Notes under the pieces: generated by a model
The model's database searches: none
Told to the model about the DNA's origin: nothing
Seen by the model: the letters and a program-made list of their open reading frames with translations, nothing else
Part shown: positions 23,411 through 37,345 of the stretch, one piece after another
Layout: each line of letters opens with the position of its first letter
Position numbering within the stretch: the first letter of the stretch is position 1
DNA from: Geosiphon pyriformis uo1
Taxonomy: Eukaryota > Fungi > Glomeromycota
Assembly: GCA_016748015.1 (NCBI GenBank)
Contig: JAAOMT010000708.1
Location: 124,001-188,000 of the forward strand
DNA: 64,000 nucleotides
Direction: 5' to 3'
Made by a program: the position numbers and the translations under genes

Positions 23411-26400
23411 GTGGTCACTATTGGAACAATAAGAAAAGACCACTTCTCATACAGAAAAGCACTATTTCAATACTTTCGAAAAGACCTAAGGATACCAGTA
23501 GAAACTGCTTATGCAGAAAGTAATTTTTGTAACTATATCAACACAAAAATTGACTGCTTATTAGACTGCGCAACTGATACAGAAAGACTTAAAAAACAAA
23601 TCTATCAAAGCTTATTAGGGTACTCAACAGCCATGACTACCCAAGCAATCACTGAAACTCTGCACATAATCGATACAAACATTAAATATTATGTGGCACA
23701 ATGATTCTCTCAAGTACAACAACCAGTGGAATCCGACCCTAAGGAATACAAAAATGAATTCAACAACCCTGTAACTGCCCAAGCCAAGTCCACAATCAAC
23801 AAGAAACCAAGGGTCCTTTCCCCAACAACTCTATCATACCATCAGACACTCCAAAGTAGAATTGTATTTAACCCACCCCTGAAAACTCAGTCAGAAATAC
23901 CACAAACTTCTAAAAATCCACACCCTTGGAATCAACACAGTTGGACCAAATTACTAGAAAAATATGGATCGCTGTTTGGAAATCTTACCCCAGCAGCCAG
24001 TCAAACAGAAGGAAACCCATACCAGCAACCCAGATATTAGCAAAACACGGTACCCCAATATTCTATACCTCAGAATCAACCACTCTAATATACACAACAA
24101 GTCCCGTACACTCAACCACCACCCCAGAATTATTATCAACCACCACCAATGACACAAGCAATCCCTCACTATCAAACTTTCTCTTACAGCCCATCCAGAC
24201 TTCGAGCTATAGACTATAATCAGGGATGGAGGAATCCCAACAACAATCAGGTGCAAACCAACAGTGGACTGTCTCAACCAATCCCTCACGGTCCTGCCCA
24301 ATCTCGACCAACACCAACTGGATACCCGAATCAAGCTTTCTATCTCAGTCTTATGGAAGACCAGGGTTTTAATCAATCTACACTTGTGGAAGGAGGGGAT
24401 ATAGAACAAATCTCCCAATCTTCCAAGCAAACAAAAAGCAATATCCCACCAGCCACTATTACCGAAAACACCACCCTAGCCACCATATTTTCTTTTGACA
24501 TCAATAATTTGAACACCCATAGCCTTTTTAGTAGAGCAGCCATCAATTAGGATAAACCAATAACAGCTCTATACACCAATGCCAGAGTCAGAGGAATAGA
24601 TATTAAATTAATTCTGAATAGCGGATCAGCCAGTAGCATAATCACAAAACAGTTCATGGACCAACTAGGTTGCTGAATAGACCATGCTGCTACCGTCCGA
24701 ATCATTACAGTGGATGGAAACACAAAAACCCCAATAGGAGAAATTGACAACTTCCCCTTCAAGATTAATGGAATCCAAATTTCTATCAAAGTACTTGTCA
24801 TGGAAGCTATTCAATATCAAGCTCTAGTGGGAAACAATTGGTTGTCAAAAGCCAATGTTACTCTCAACTGGAACACCCAAGAACTTCAACTCACATTCAA
24901 CAGACAGCATGCCCAAGTTCCAGCTATGTGTGGACACTTTAAAACCCAACATACTAAGGAACTTCTTATTGAATTCGAAGACACATCAATACTACCAACC
25001 ATCGAGACCTATCAGGTTTCATGGGTGGATGATTATCAAACTGAACTACTCCTACCACCAACTTGGGAAGAAAAAAGAAAAGGCAGAGCCAAAGAAGAAC
25101 TCCAATTATTATCACTAGGATACGTAACCTTGGACCAAAGAAATTTATTTTATCAACCTCTAAAACTAATATGTGTCAATTGTGAGAAAAAACTATCCAC
25201 TATGGATACATGTATTGGAGACAATAAAAAATGGCCCACCATCACCAAATACTATTGCAGACCTTGTTTACTGGAAAGATTTGGATGACTAAAATGACAA
25301 GGCAAATGAAACAACACGCTATGCCTTGCATATAGCAAAATCCTGCCAGATGAAAAACTCTGAAATGATGTGTCTGGTAGAGGAGAAACATGCGACAAGA
25401 CTTGTTAATACACCATATTAATCAACAATTGGGTATGAAAGGGAACCCCCATCGAGGATGCTTGGAAATAAGCACTCAACAGACTGGACGGTTATCCACA
25501 TGATGACCACAAAATCTGGAGAATGGCAAGTGCCAAAGCCAAAGGTGCCACACCCAAAGAAATATGAGAAATCAAGGACAATCCTTGGACACCCGAATAT
25601 AATAAACCCAACTACTCCGAGGATGATTTTTTTATAGATGACCCAAATGCATTTCAGAACCAATATCAGGAATTGGCCTCAACTTATGAAGAACAAGAGC
25701 AAAGATTGGCCGATTTGAATACTAAACTGTGCGATCACTGTTTGATCTCCTGTCACTTCCAGTACTGTGACGAATGTGATCTCATGTTCAATTTGTCTCC
25801 AAGAATACTGTTTCTAATCACCAAACAAAAACTTCAAAATCACCATCCACAACCTGACAGAAGATGTTATTGAAATCTCTGAAGGGACCCTCATCGGTTC
25901 CATATCCGCAGATATTCAGAATTCTGAAAAACCCCAGTCCATTCCAGATTTCACACAATTATTCTTATTCTGTGACATTACCTCACAAGTATGGAATTTG
26001 CCAAAAAAAAGTTACTTGTTTACACCAGAAGAGATTAATAAATTGAATTTAGGAAATTTAAGGACCCTGCAACAAATGCAACTCAAAATCCTTCTGAATC
26101 AGTATGCTGATGTCTTTGCCAGCAAAAATGAATTTGGACACACCGATATTGTGAAGCATCAGATTGATATGGGAGACGCTCGACCAATTAAGCAATGAGC
26201 TTACCGCATACTCCTATCTGACAATAATCTAATTAAGCAAGAAGTGCAACAGATGCTTGATAATGACTTAATCAAAGAATCATTAAGCCCTTGGTCTTCT
26301 TTAGTAGTCTTGGTCACCAAGAAAAACAGAAAAGTGTGATTCTGTATAGATTATTGAAAACTAAATAGCATCATGTGAGAAGATAGTTATCCCACTCCCC

Positions 26401-27443
26401 TTATCTAGGAAATTCTGGATAATCTAGGGAAAAAGAAATGGTTCTCATCATTAGATTTAGCAAGTGGTTACTGGCAAGTTGAAATGGATCCCAAAGACAA
26501 AGGAAAAACAGCATTTACCACTTGAGATAGAAACTTCGAGTTTAACGTAATGCCTTTTGGACTTTGTAATGTTCCTACCACGTTTCAATGCCTGATGGAT
26601 GTAGTATACAAAGGAATCCTTTGGAAATCAGTAGTAATCTACCTAGATGACACAAATGTGTTTTTCGAAATATTTGATGACTATCTGCTCCACCTGCAAC
26701 AAGTCTTTGAATGCCTTTATAGTGCTGGATTGAAACTCAATCCTGAGAAGTGCTTCTTTGAAAAAACCAAGTTAAAATTCCTAGGACATGTAATTGACAA
26801 GGATGGAGTTAAACCTGATCCAGATAAAGTACAAAAAGTCAAGAATTTTCCAGCCCCAATCAACCTCAGAGAATTACAAGGATTTCTAGGATTGGCAGGA
26901 TATTATTGTTGATTTGTCAAAGGTTTCTTGAATATTGCAAAACCACTCCATCAATTGTTGTCCAAATACATACTGTACTTGTGGAAAGAAGATCAACAGA
27001 AAGCATTTGACTATCTCAAGCAGTGATTGATCACATCCCCAATCCTGATTTACCCAGATTTCATTAAACAGTTCATTGTTACTATGGATGCCTCAAAAAA
27101 TGCTCTAAGAACAGTCTTATCACAGATAAGACTGAACAATAGAGAACACCCAGTTGCCTATGCTAATTGTAGCACTAGCCCAGCAAAAAAAAATTACAGC
27201 ACAACAGATCTGGAATGTCTTGCCATTTATTGGGCCGTACAGACTTGAAAACATTACCTCAGTCAACCATTTGACCTATATACCGACCACAAAGGACTTA
27301 TTTGGTTACTCAACAATCCACAACTAGAAGGAAAATATGCGAGATGAAGTACTTATCTGCAACAATTCTCACTCAAAGTCTATTACAAAGAAGGATCCAA
27401 GAACACCAATACTAACAGTTTGTCAAGGATGCCACAAACCTAA
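23411..27443 (+). pseudogene. Element B ORF1 (truncated Gag, protease, Cys-rich domain, RT, RNase H)
   Basis: LIL(D>N)SGS protease, MPFGLCN and IYLDD RT motifs, TMDAS RNase H; ends ..SLSRMPQT*. Confidence 0.88.
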
Positions 27444-27453
27444 TTCCAGACCC

Positions 27454-28820
27454 ATAAACACACTCACTTATCAATAACTACATCAGTACCTATCGACACT
27501 ACATTTCAAGGAAATATTATCTCAACAGGAACAGAGTACCATACGAAAACAAGCCCGAAATTATTTTATTCAAGACAACCAACTATATTGACAAGAACAC
27601 CAAAACCACCCCAACCCACAACGACTAATCAAGAACAGTGAAAGAGAAACTATACTATATAGTGTGCACTCAAATCTGACTGCAGAACACTTTAACAAAG
27701 ATGCTACCCTCAAGAGAATACTAAACTTATACTATTGGCCAACAATATATAAAGACATTTTCGAATACATGCTCAATTGTGATGTATGTCAGCAAAAAGG
27801 AGGAGCAAGATCAACAGAACCACTTTGACCCATTCCAGTTGGAAATCTATTTGATAGAATTGGGATTGATTTAGTTGGACCTTTTTTAATTACATCCCAA
27901 GGAAATTGCTATATCGCTGTAGCCATAGACTATCTTACAAAATGGCCAGAAGCCAGAGCAATCCAAGTGGCCAACGCCAAAACAGTAGCCAAATTTGTGC
28001 ATCAAGACCTAATTTGCCAACATAGATGTCTGAAAGAATTATTATCTGATCAGGGAACACACTTTGTTAATAATATGCTGACTGAACTAAGCCAATGGTT
28101 TGAAATAAAGAGACCCTTATTGTTACCATACCACTCACAAACAAACGGACTAGTAGAACAATTTAACAGAACACTGTACAAAGCACTAGCAAAAATAAGT
28201 TATGAAAACAGACAAGAATGTGACTTATTCATATCTTCTGTACTCTTTGTATACCAAACATTGAAACAAATATGACTCAGTTCACACCATTTGAACTAGT
28301 CTATGGAAGAAAAACTATATTACCAATTGAACGAGTGATACTGTCATACCCAACAGAAACAATCAATGAAGAGAATTTTGAAACTACCTTATACCAAAGA
28401 ATGTACCAGCTAATGAAAACGTTGGAAAACAATCGAAGAACAGCAGCTAACAATATTAGTCATGCTCAAGAATGACAAAAAGAAAGACATGATAAACACC
28501 TATCAGAACAACCAATGGAATTCAAGATTGGAGACCAAGTACTGTTACATCGTACAAAAGCTGAGAAACAGTGGAGTGGAAAGTTTGACCCAAAGTGGGA
28601 CAGTTCATTCCACATACACAAAGCATTAGGAAATGGAGCTTACAAATTACAATTGGAAGACAGGATTTTAAAAAAAGTAGCGCATGGAAATCGGTTAAAA
28701 ATTTATTATGTAAAACAGGAATCATCATCATTAATATCTCAACTAGGAACACAAATTTCATTAATCAGACCAGAAGATATACCACGAGATCTGGAATCAA
28801 TTATTGTCATTGAAATGTAG
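27454..28820 (+). pseudogene. Element B integrase as a separate ORF (HHCC, DDE, GPY/F-type C-terminus)
   Basis: VHS..EHF..CDVCQ, IGIDL, SDQGTHF, QTNGLVE, KWDSSF; begins AT(G>A)-AAC out of frame with ORF1. Confidence 0.85.
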
Positions 28821-28823
28821 ACA

Positions 28824-29635
28824 ATGGGCAGCAAATTAAATTGGGGAATTCAAATATATATAGTATCCGAAAAGCAGCAAGAAACGATAGAAATTTCAAC
28901 ATAGACCTTTCAGATCAAATTTTAAAATTATCTAAACAATTATTTGAAACAATTCAAAAATCGACATCTCAAATAGAAATAACAATTGATAAAAAAGAAA
29001 TATGGTATAAAAATAAGAGCAGAAGAGGAGAGAATGAAAGTTCAATTAGAACTAAACATTCTCTCTTCTACCCACCACTTGAAAGGCAATGTTGGAGGAA
29101 AAATTGCCTTCAGACAGAAGGTAGAAAAGAAGAAAGCAAAGAATGAGAAAAAGATTACAAAAGAAGATACTTGGTCCCCGAGCTTGAAGAAATAAAAGAA
29201 GCTTTAGTTCGTGAGACCGAACTCCCTGAAACAGGGGAGTGGACACCTGACAATGCCCAGAAATGGAAAGAAAGACTTCCTCCAGCTTATTGGTTTTACA
29301 AAATTGGAGAACAGCTTGACTTGAAAACACCATACGAAGACCTCAGCCAGAAAACGTTCAACAAAAAAGCAATACAACAAGTAGAAAAATTCATAAAGAA
29401 AAACAACCTGACCCTACATTACAAAGCAGCATACCAACTATACACCACTTTCTAACATTGCCCAAATGTACTACTGAATGGATCTATAAAAACCATAATG
29501 GTTAACAACATAGGACGAATAACCAATCAACAGTTCAAAGACCTACAAAAGGCAATATTCAAGGCAACAATTGAACATTACACAAACAAAGCCATGATAA
29601 CAGATACATACAATTTTGCAGGAGCTCAATTTTAA
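28824..29635 (+). pseudogene. Element B ORF3, unknown function (env position), frameshifted; start approximate
   Basis: coding fragments 28841-29455 continue to ..NFAGAQF* at the PPT; homologous to the same region of A and C. Confidence 0.7.
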
Positions 29636-29649
29636 AAAGAGAGGGATAA

Positions 29650-30726
29650 TATTACCCGAGTAGAAAAACCGATCCAAAGTTATGAAGAAACATGACCAAA
29701 ACGTAACATAATACAGAATAACGCGCAATAACATTGAATAATACATTATAATATAGGATAACGTATTATAATGCAGGATAACACAGAATAGTGCACAATA
29801 ACATAGGATAATGTGTTATAACACAGAATAACACAGAATAACATGTAATAATGTCAGATAATATATTATAACATAGGGTAACTAGTGATAATGTAGAAAA
29901 ATGAAGCAATAACAGAAACAACAAAGCAATAGTTAGCAATAGTGAGACAATTAAAAGCAATCCTGTAAAACCAAAAGAATGTATAAAAGCAAGTAGTTAT
30001 AGAAGTGAGAAAAGACAGATAGATATGAACCTTTAGACAAGAATTAAATATCTATACCCCTTTATTTTTTATTATCTTCTCTATTTCATCTCCTGAAATA
30101 AACCAATTATTAAAGAAATCAGAATCACAAATTCATGTTTTTGAACTTCATGGAATTTACGTGAATTAATTCTTGTCTTGTACCTCTGTTCTAGGACAAA
30201 TGCTCTTAGCATAACCGTCTCAAACCTATTAATGATTTGGACCAATCACTTTTGATTACGGCGATTGACAATACTAATTTATCTTTTTTTTCTTTTTTTT
30301 TCTTTTATTTTTCTTTTTTTTTCTTTTTCTGTCTTATTTCTGTGGAGCGGCAACATAGTAAAATTGACTGTCTGGAAATAGACTTCGTGATAGCCTAGTA
30401 AAAGAGGGAAGCTCCCCCTAAGTTTTGGATATTAACATTATCTTGTTAGCTTATCAGAAGGGCGAAAAGACAATGCCAGACCCTAATGACTGTGCTTGTT
30501 AGCTCGGAAAAGAAAGCTCACATTTACGAAAAATGTTGTAATTGATGAAAAACAAACTCTGTGTCTTATAACCAAAGAACTCAACAGGTAAATTTACATC
30601 CAGGAATAAACTTTTAGAGACTGATAATCAAGACTAAGCCAACAGAATTATGCAGAAGATGCATCATCAATAATTGAGAGTGCCAAACATTACTATTTTT
30701 CATACCCACCAAGTTTACCTATAACA
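29650..30726 (+). repeat. 3' LTR of element B
   Basis: preceded by PPT, ends ATAACA, followed by TSD CTGA. Confidence 0.92.
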
Positions 30727-33014
30727 CTGATTAGCTGTGGCAGCCAGAGATGCAAGTCTGTCACAACTGTGGTAAACAAGGTTACATTAGAGCTAACTGC
30801 CATTTTTATAGTAATCCACAATCAGGAAATCAATACCAAAACCCTGATCACAGCATTTAAACTCCACATTATTACTCAAATCAAAGCCAATATTAGCTCA
30901 CGTATCTGCCAATAATATAGGAGTTAATATATCAACCACCTATATATCAACCCCCAATTTATCAACCACAGCTACAAGTAATATATCAACCATAGCCACC
31001 AGTAATTTATCAACCTTAGCAACTTCAAACAACACTCCAAAACCCCATCCAAATAACATCAGGAAACCCCAGATTCAAAGTCACCCAAAACTGAAGATTA
31101 GTGATGGTGGTTCACCAACTGATCTCCAGTTTACCAAATCACTTATTAAGATTATACCAGTGGAATTCAGAAGCTGGGTACACCTAAAACCCAAATTTTC
31201 AGAACTATTTAAGTTTTCTGATAACCCCAGAAGATGTCCCATCCAACAAACAGAAAACTCATCACATACCAACACCTACTAACAATATTCCACCAGCTAT
31301 CATCACTAAGAATAAATTACTGGATGCTATCTTCTCATTTAAACTTGAAGAACCATCAGTTACGCCATTATTTAGTGGAGCCATTTTTAAAAAAAAACCT
31401 ATCACTGTTATGTATACTGATGCCAAAGTTGATGGCCATTCCATCAAATTGATTCTAGACAGTAAATCAGCTGGCAGCATTATCATAAGACAACTTATGA
31501 ACCAATTAGATTGCCGAATTGATTGAACTGCTAGTGCACAAATCATCACTGCTGATGGAGTGACAAAAACTCCAATCAGCAAGATTGATAACTTCCCTAT
31601 AAAAGTTAACAGCATCATTGTGTTAATCAAAATATTAGTTATAGAAGCCACTCAATACCAAGCACTTGTCAATAACAATTGGCTGTCTAAAACCAACGCA
31701 ACACTTAATTAGAACACACAGGAGCTTCAACTTAGCCAAAACAGTTAACACACATACATACCAATCACATGTGGTCATTTCAAGACCACTAACATGCCAG
31801 CACTACTTATCGAGTTTAAAAAAGAAGAGAAAAAACCTACCTAAAAAGCCTATCAAGTATTATGAATTGAAAACAACCACAATGAATTACTGCTAATACT
31901 TTTTTGGAATAACAAAGAAAAAGAAAAACAAAAGGAAGAACTTACCTGAAATACCAACCAAGCTTGGAGAACTGACAATAAACTAAATAAATTATCAACT
32001 TGAGAGTGGAAAAAAAACAATAAGGAAAAAGGAAAAGAGAAAAAAGAAAAAACAACATTTACCAGCACTACTACTTATAATTCCTACACTTATACTACTC
32101 CACAACGATCTACCTATTGCCAACCAAAGCTCATATGTGTTGATTGCAACAAGAAATTGTCATTAATGAGTACATGCTATGGCAATAATAAAGAATACCA
32201 AACAGCAACTAAGTTTTATTGCTGTCTATGTGTTATTAAACACTTTGGAAGACCAAAACAAATGAAAAAATAGGATAATGAACCATGCTTGGCTTGTGAA
32301 AAAACTCTTTTAGACAAAGGAATGTGGAATGACATTCCTAAACAAGGAAAAATGTGTGGCAAATCATGTTAATACATGATCCTAATAAGTGATTGAGTTA
32401 GAAAAGGAACACCGATAGAAGCCATCTGGAGAAGAACTGTAAAATGTTTGGATAGATGTCCATACAATGATAATGAAATTTGGGAAATGACTTTTACCAA
32501 AATTGAAGGAACATTATTAGAAGAAATAAAGATGATCAAAAATAACTCTCCAAAGCCTATAGAACTTGACTAAGACCCAGAACCAGTCATAAATCTCTTG
32601 GATCTAAAACAATTCTACAAACACTACCAGAAATTAGCACTCACTAGAAAGGAACAAGAGCAACAGTTGGAAAAAATAAACACAAGACTATGTGACCATT
32701 ATTTGATCCCATGTGACTTCCAATATTGTAATAAGTATGACCTCATTTACAATCTACCACTATGCATGATCTACATGATTCTAGAAGAAGAAAAAACAAT
32801 TAGCAGCTGTGCATCAGAATTGGAATCAACTTTCAATCCTGATTCAAACTCTGACAACAATGGCAACAAAAATAATGGTTCCAGCTCTGTTCCAAATGAC
32901 AACAAAAATTACAATAATTCAAACTCTGAGTCAAACCCCAAAACATACATTGCACTTCCAGATCTTACCAAGGAACAGAAACTTAAATAGTTTAGTAATA
33001 ACAATAAAGATATT

Positions 33015-33405
33015 ATGCCAGAACATGCACATAATACTAATGCAGGATTTGATCTAAGATATCCAGAAAAAGATCTTATCAAATTAGAACTCTATTTGCA
33101 CACTTGCATTGATCTCAAAATAGCATTAAAAATTCCAGCAACAATAATGGTTCAGTTAGCATTTAGGAACAGCTTAGCCAAAAAGGGAATCAACATCAAA
33201 AGAGGAATAATTGACACAGAATATGTAAGAAATATTATTGCTATGTTACAAAATGACTTAAAAAAGACATATATTATAGATCCAAATGAAAAAATAGCAC
33301 AGACAATATTTCTGTCTCTGGTTAAAATAGCTCAATTAGTATCAGTAGGAAACTGGAAAGAATTAGAGATAACAGCAAAAGAGATACAAGGATTTGAATT
33401 CATGA
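33015..33405 (+). pseudogene. dUTPase domain in element A ORF1
   Basis: NAGFDLRY, FRNSLAKKGI, GIIDTEY, EKIAQ and a decayed motif V (QGFEF). Confidence 0.85.
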
Positions 33406-35272
33406 ATAGAATAAATGTACTAATTAATATGGCAAAGGAAGAAATTGTTGACAAAAGAAAAATTATCTTCATCTGTCAACCAATTTCTATTCCACCATAT
33501 GACCAGTACATGGTAGTTATAAAGAGAAAAGTAAAGGATCAAGTTCAGATTTTTGAGGCAGAAGCAACACTTTGTGAATCAGGAGAGATTAGATTAGTTA
33601 ATTTATACATACCAGCCAAGAGCCACAGTTACATTAAAATTTCCATTTACAACAACATGAGAAACATCATCAAAATACCAAAAAGAACTACTATTGGATA
33701 CTTAACCACCAAACTTGAAGACCAACTGCCAAACACTATTCCAGACTTTCCACAACTGTGTGGATATGTAGATATTACATCTCAAATTATATATGGATAA
33801 GAAAAATGTTATCTGCTCCAACCAGAACAATTAGAACAGATGAATTTGGAAAACTTAGATTCACTACAATGTATGCAGCTTAAAATGTTACTCAACAACT
33901 TTAACAACATCTTTGCCAGTGAAAACAAATTTGGCAGAACTGACATAATTCAGCACCAGATTAAGACAGAAGATGTGATGCCAATTAAACAAAAAGCATA
34001 CAGAGTAACATCAGCTAGCCATGAAATCATTTATCAAGAAATCAACAAAATGCTTGACAATGGGCTAATTCAGCCATCAATGAGCCCATGATTGTTACTA
34101 GTGGTACTAGTCCATAAGAAAAATGGAAAAATTTGCTTTTGTGTGGATTACTAGAAACTAAATAGAATAACAAAAAAAAATAGTTACTTGACTCCAAAGA
34201 TCCAAAAACTGTTCAATGTTTTTGGAGGAAAGACATAGTTTTCAACTTTAGACTTAGACAGTGGTTATTGACAAGTAGCCATGAAACCAGAAGACAAAGA
34301 GAAAATGGTTTTTACAAATCAAAAAGGAAATTTCGAATTTGAAGTAATGCCATTTGGCTTAATGAATGCTCCAGCCACATTTCAATAACTAATGGAAATT
34401 GTCTATATGAGACTACTATGGAAATCAGTAGTTGTATACTTGGATAACACCAATGTGTTCTCAAAAACATTTGATGATCATCTGCATTATCTCCAACAAG
34501 TATTTGAAAGACTCAGATGAACAGAATTAAAATTAAATGCAAACAAATGCTTCTTTGGCAAAACTGAACTCAAGTTTTTGGGACATGTTGTAAGCAAAGA
34601 TAGTATCAAAACGGATCCAGATAAGATTGAGATTGTTAAGAACTTTCTAGTACCAAATAATTTCACAGAATTAAAAGCATTCTTGGGATTTGCTGGATAC
34701 TACTACTGCTTTATTAAAAACTTTTCCAAAATAGCTTAACCACTACACCAATTCCAAACAAAAAATACCAAATATAAATGGACTGAAACTCAACAAAAAG
34801 CTTTTAATATATTAAGAAGAAAGCTTATTCAAGTTCCAATACTAATCTATTCAAATCATAGCAAGCCATTTATAATTACAACTGATGCATCTGGTCAAGC
34901 ATTGGGAGCAGTACTATTGCAAAGAGAACCAGATAAAAGAGAACATCCAGTAGCTTATGCCAGTAGAAACTTAAGTCCAGCTGAAAAGAACTATAGAACT
35001 CTAGCACTAGAACACTTAGCTATCTATTGGGCTGTCATCAAATGGAAAGAATACTTGAGTCAAAAGTTTGATGTATATACTGATCACAAAAGATTGACTT
35101 CAATCCAAAAGCAAGAATTTGGAAATGATCACTATGTCAGATAGAAAATAAAACTTTCACCATTTAATTATACAGTATATTACAAAAAAGGAAAAGAAAA
35201 TGGAAATGCTGACGGATTGTTATGAATGAGACAAATCTAAAAACATTTTTAACCCAAAAATATAACAAAAAG

Positions 35273-36649
35273 ATGAATTTACAAAAATGCCAACAACTCC
35301 AACATTATATAAATACCCAATTGTTCAAGGAAAAATTATCTCAAAAAGAACAAAACAACATAAAACAGCAATTAAAATATTTTATCAACCATTAAAATAT
35401 CTTTTACCAGAAGAACAAAAAAAATCCAAATCAACCAACCAGAGTAATTACAAAATTGGAGAAAAAAACAATATTATTCAACATGCACTCAAACCCAACA
35501 GCAGAACATTTTCACAAAGAAACAACCATAAAAAGAACCAGAAAAAGATACTATTGGCCATTAATGTATCTGAACATTATTCAATATGTTCAAAATTGTG
35601 ATGTTTGTCAAAGAAAAGGTGGAACAAAACCCAGTGAACCATTGAGACCAATCAAAGTGGAACAACCATTTAATCATATTAGAATTGACTTAATCAGACT
35701 ATTAACAATTACCAGCAGAGGCAACAGATATATTGCAGTAGCCATAAATTATCTCACAAAATGGCCAGAAGCAAAAGCCATTCAAAAAACAGATGCAGAA
35801 TCCATTGCCAAATTCATTCATTAAGATTTGATTTGTCAACATAAATGTTCAAAAGAACTATTATCAGATCAAAAAACTCACTTTGTAAATAGAACATTGG
35901 TGAAATTAAGTCAAAGATTTGGGATAAAAAGATTATTATCATCATTATATCATCTACAAACAAATGGGTTAGTTGAAAGATTTAACAGAACATTGTGTAA
36001 AACCATTGCCAAAATCAGCCAAAAAAACCAAGATGAATAGGATTTGATTATACTATCAGTATTATTTACTTATCGAACAATGAAACAAGACACTATACAA
36101 GCAACACTATTCAAATTAGTATACGGTAGAACAACAACATTACCAGTAAAGATAAAAGTTAAAACATATCCAACAAAACCAATAGCAGAAAAAAATTTTC
36201 AAAGAACATTGTTGAAAAGAACATATAACTTAATAGAGACATTAGAAAACACATGGCAAAGAACAGCTGATAACATCCAAAAGTTACAAGAAAAACAAAA
36301 AGAAAGACATAATAACCAACTACCAAAGAAACCAGTTGAATTCAAGATTGAAGACAAAATACTTTTACATCATACTAAAGTGGAAAAACAATGGAGTGAA
36401 AAATTTGACCCCAAATGAGATGGACTATTTCACATAGAAGAAATTCTTGGAAATGAAGCTTATAAATTAAGGTTAAACAACAAAATCTTAACCAAAGCAG
36501 CACATGGTGATCAACTGAAACAATATTACCATATAGTATCATTATCTACCAGCAATATTCTCCAATTAAAAGTACAGAGAATACTAGTCAAACCAAATGA
36601 GATCTTACGAGATCTAGAACCAATTATAATAATTGAATCAAACATGTAA
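35273..36649 (+). pseudogene. Element A integrase as a separate ORF (MNLQK..; one frame of 459 codons)
   Basis: MHSNPTAEHF..CDVCQ, IRIDL, SDQ, QTNGLVERFN, ends DLEPIIIIESNM*. Confidence 0.88.
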
Positions 36650-37345
36650 AATTGAACAACAACAAAAAAAGTATATAAATACATGGTATATGTGACAAAA
36701 GACAGCAAAAAAATGGAAATTACTGATGGCATTCACTCACTAGCACAACAACTTTTTCAACTGATCCAACAACAAGAAATGGAAATTACAATTAACCAAT
36801 AAACTATCAGATACACAAACATCAGAAAAAGACCATGAGATAAAATATGAAGAAAAACAGAAAACACTGTGGACAAAATAATCACAAAAGTGAAATTGGC
36901 AATAGAAATACAACCAAAAGTTACCTAATATCAAGAGTTGACTATAAAAACTTGGAATTGGTGAATACAACAATTTTCAAGAAACTTTTGTTACTTTTAT
37001 TTAGGACAACACTTGAACATTCAAAGCTTGTATATGGATAAAACAAAACAATTATTTAACACAATAATACTGTAACAACTAAAACAATTTGTGGGGAAGA
37101 ACAATTTGATCACACAAACAAGAGCCATTTATTGGCTACACACCAGATTTTAAGATAGACCAAAAATCTTACTCAATTCAGAAATGAACTCTATTACCAT
37201 TAACCAAATGAGAAAAATAACCAATGCTCAATTTGAAAAATTACAGAACAAAATAGCACAAGTAATTCTTAAAAAAGAAGTTCAAAGACAGAGAATTAGA
37301 ATTAGGAAATCTCGATGGAGCTTAATATTAAAGAAGAGGAAATAA
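36650..37345 (+). pseudogene. Element A ORF3 remnant plus polypurine tract (~37330-37345)
   Basis: DGIHSLAQQLFQLIQ and FVGKNNL..LHTRF..ILLNS..ITINQMRKITNAQFEKLQ align with ORF3 of B. Confidence 0.65.

Larger units (their letters stand above)
22276..30726 (+). mobile_element. Ty3/Gypsy-type LTR retrotransposon B, nested in the gag of A and internally deleted (lacks capsid/zinc knuckle and dUTPase)
   Basis: LTRs 22276-23348 and 29650-30726, TSD CTAA/CTGA, PBS TGGTGCTTTCTGTGAGG, PPT AAAAAGAGAGGGATAA; gag of A resumes right after 30730. Confidence 0.93.
20626..35240 (+). pseudogene. Element A ORF1: Gag (capsid ~21570-22200; zinc knuckle CHNCGKQG(H>Y)IRANC ~30760 after the B insertion), protease (LILDS ~31450), Cys-rich domain, dUTPase, RT, RNase H
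   Basis: fragments at 32598, 33015, 33840 and 34902 share one frame; RT motifs MPFGL and YLD(D>N); RNase H TTDAS..NADGL; internal stops are CAA/CGA/TGG transition products. Confidence 0.88.

Noticed and set aside
28515-28820. Chromodomain at the integrase C-terminus
   Set aside because: Only a GPY/F SH3-like module and a short DLEPIIVIE tail are seen; no chromodomain aromatic-cage motif
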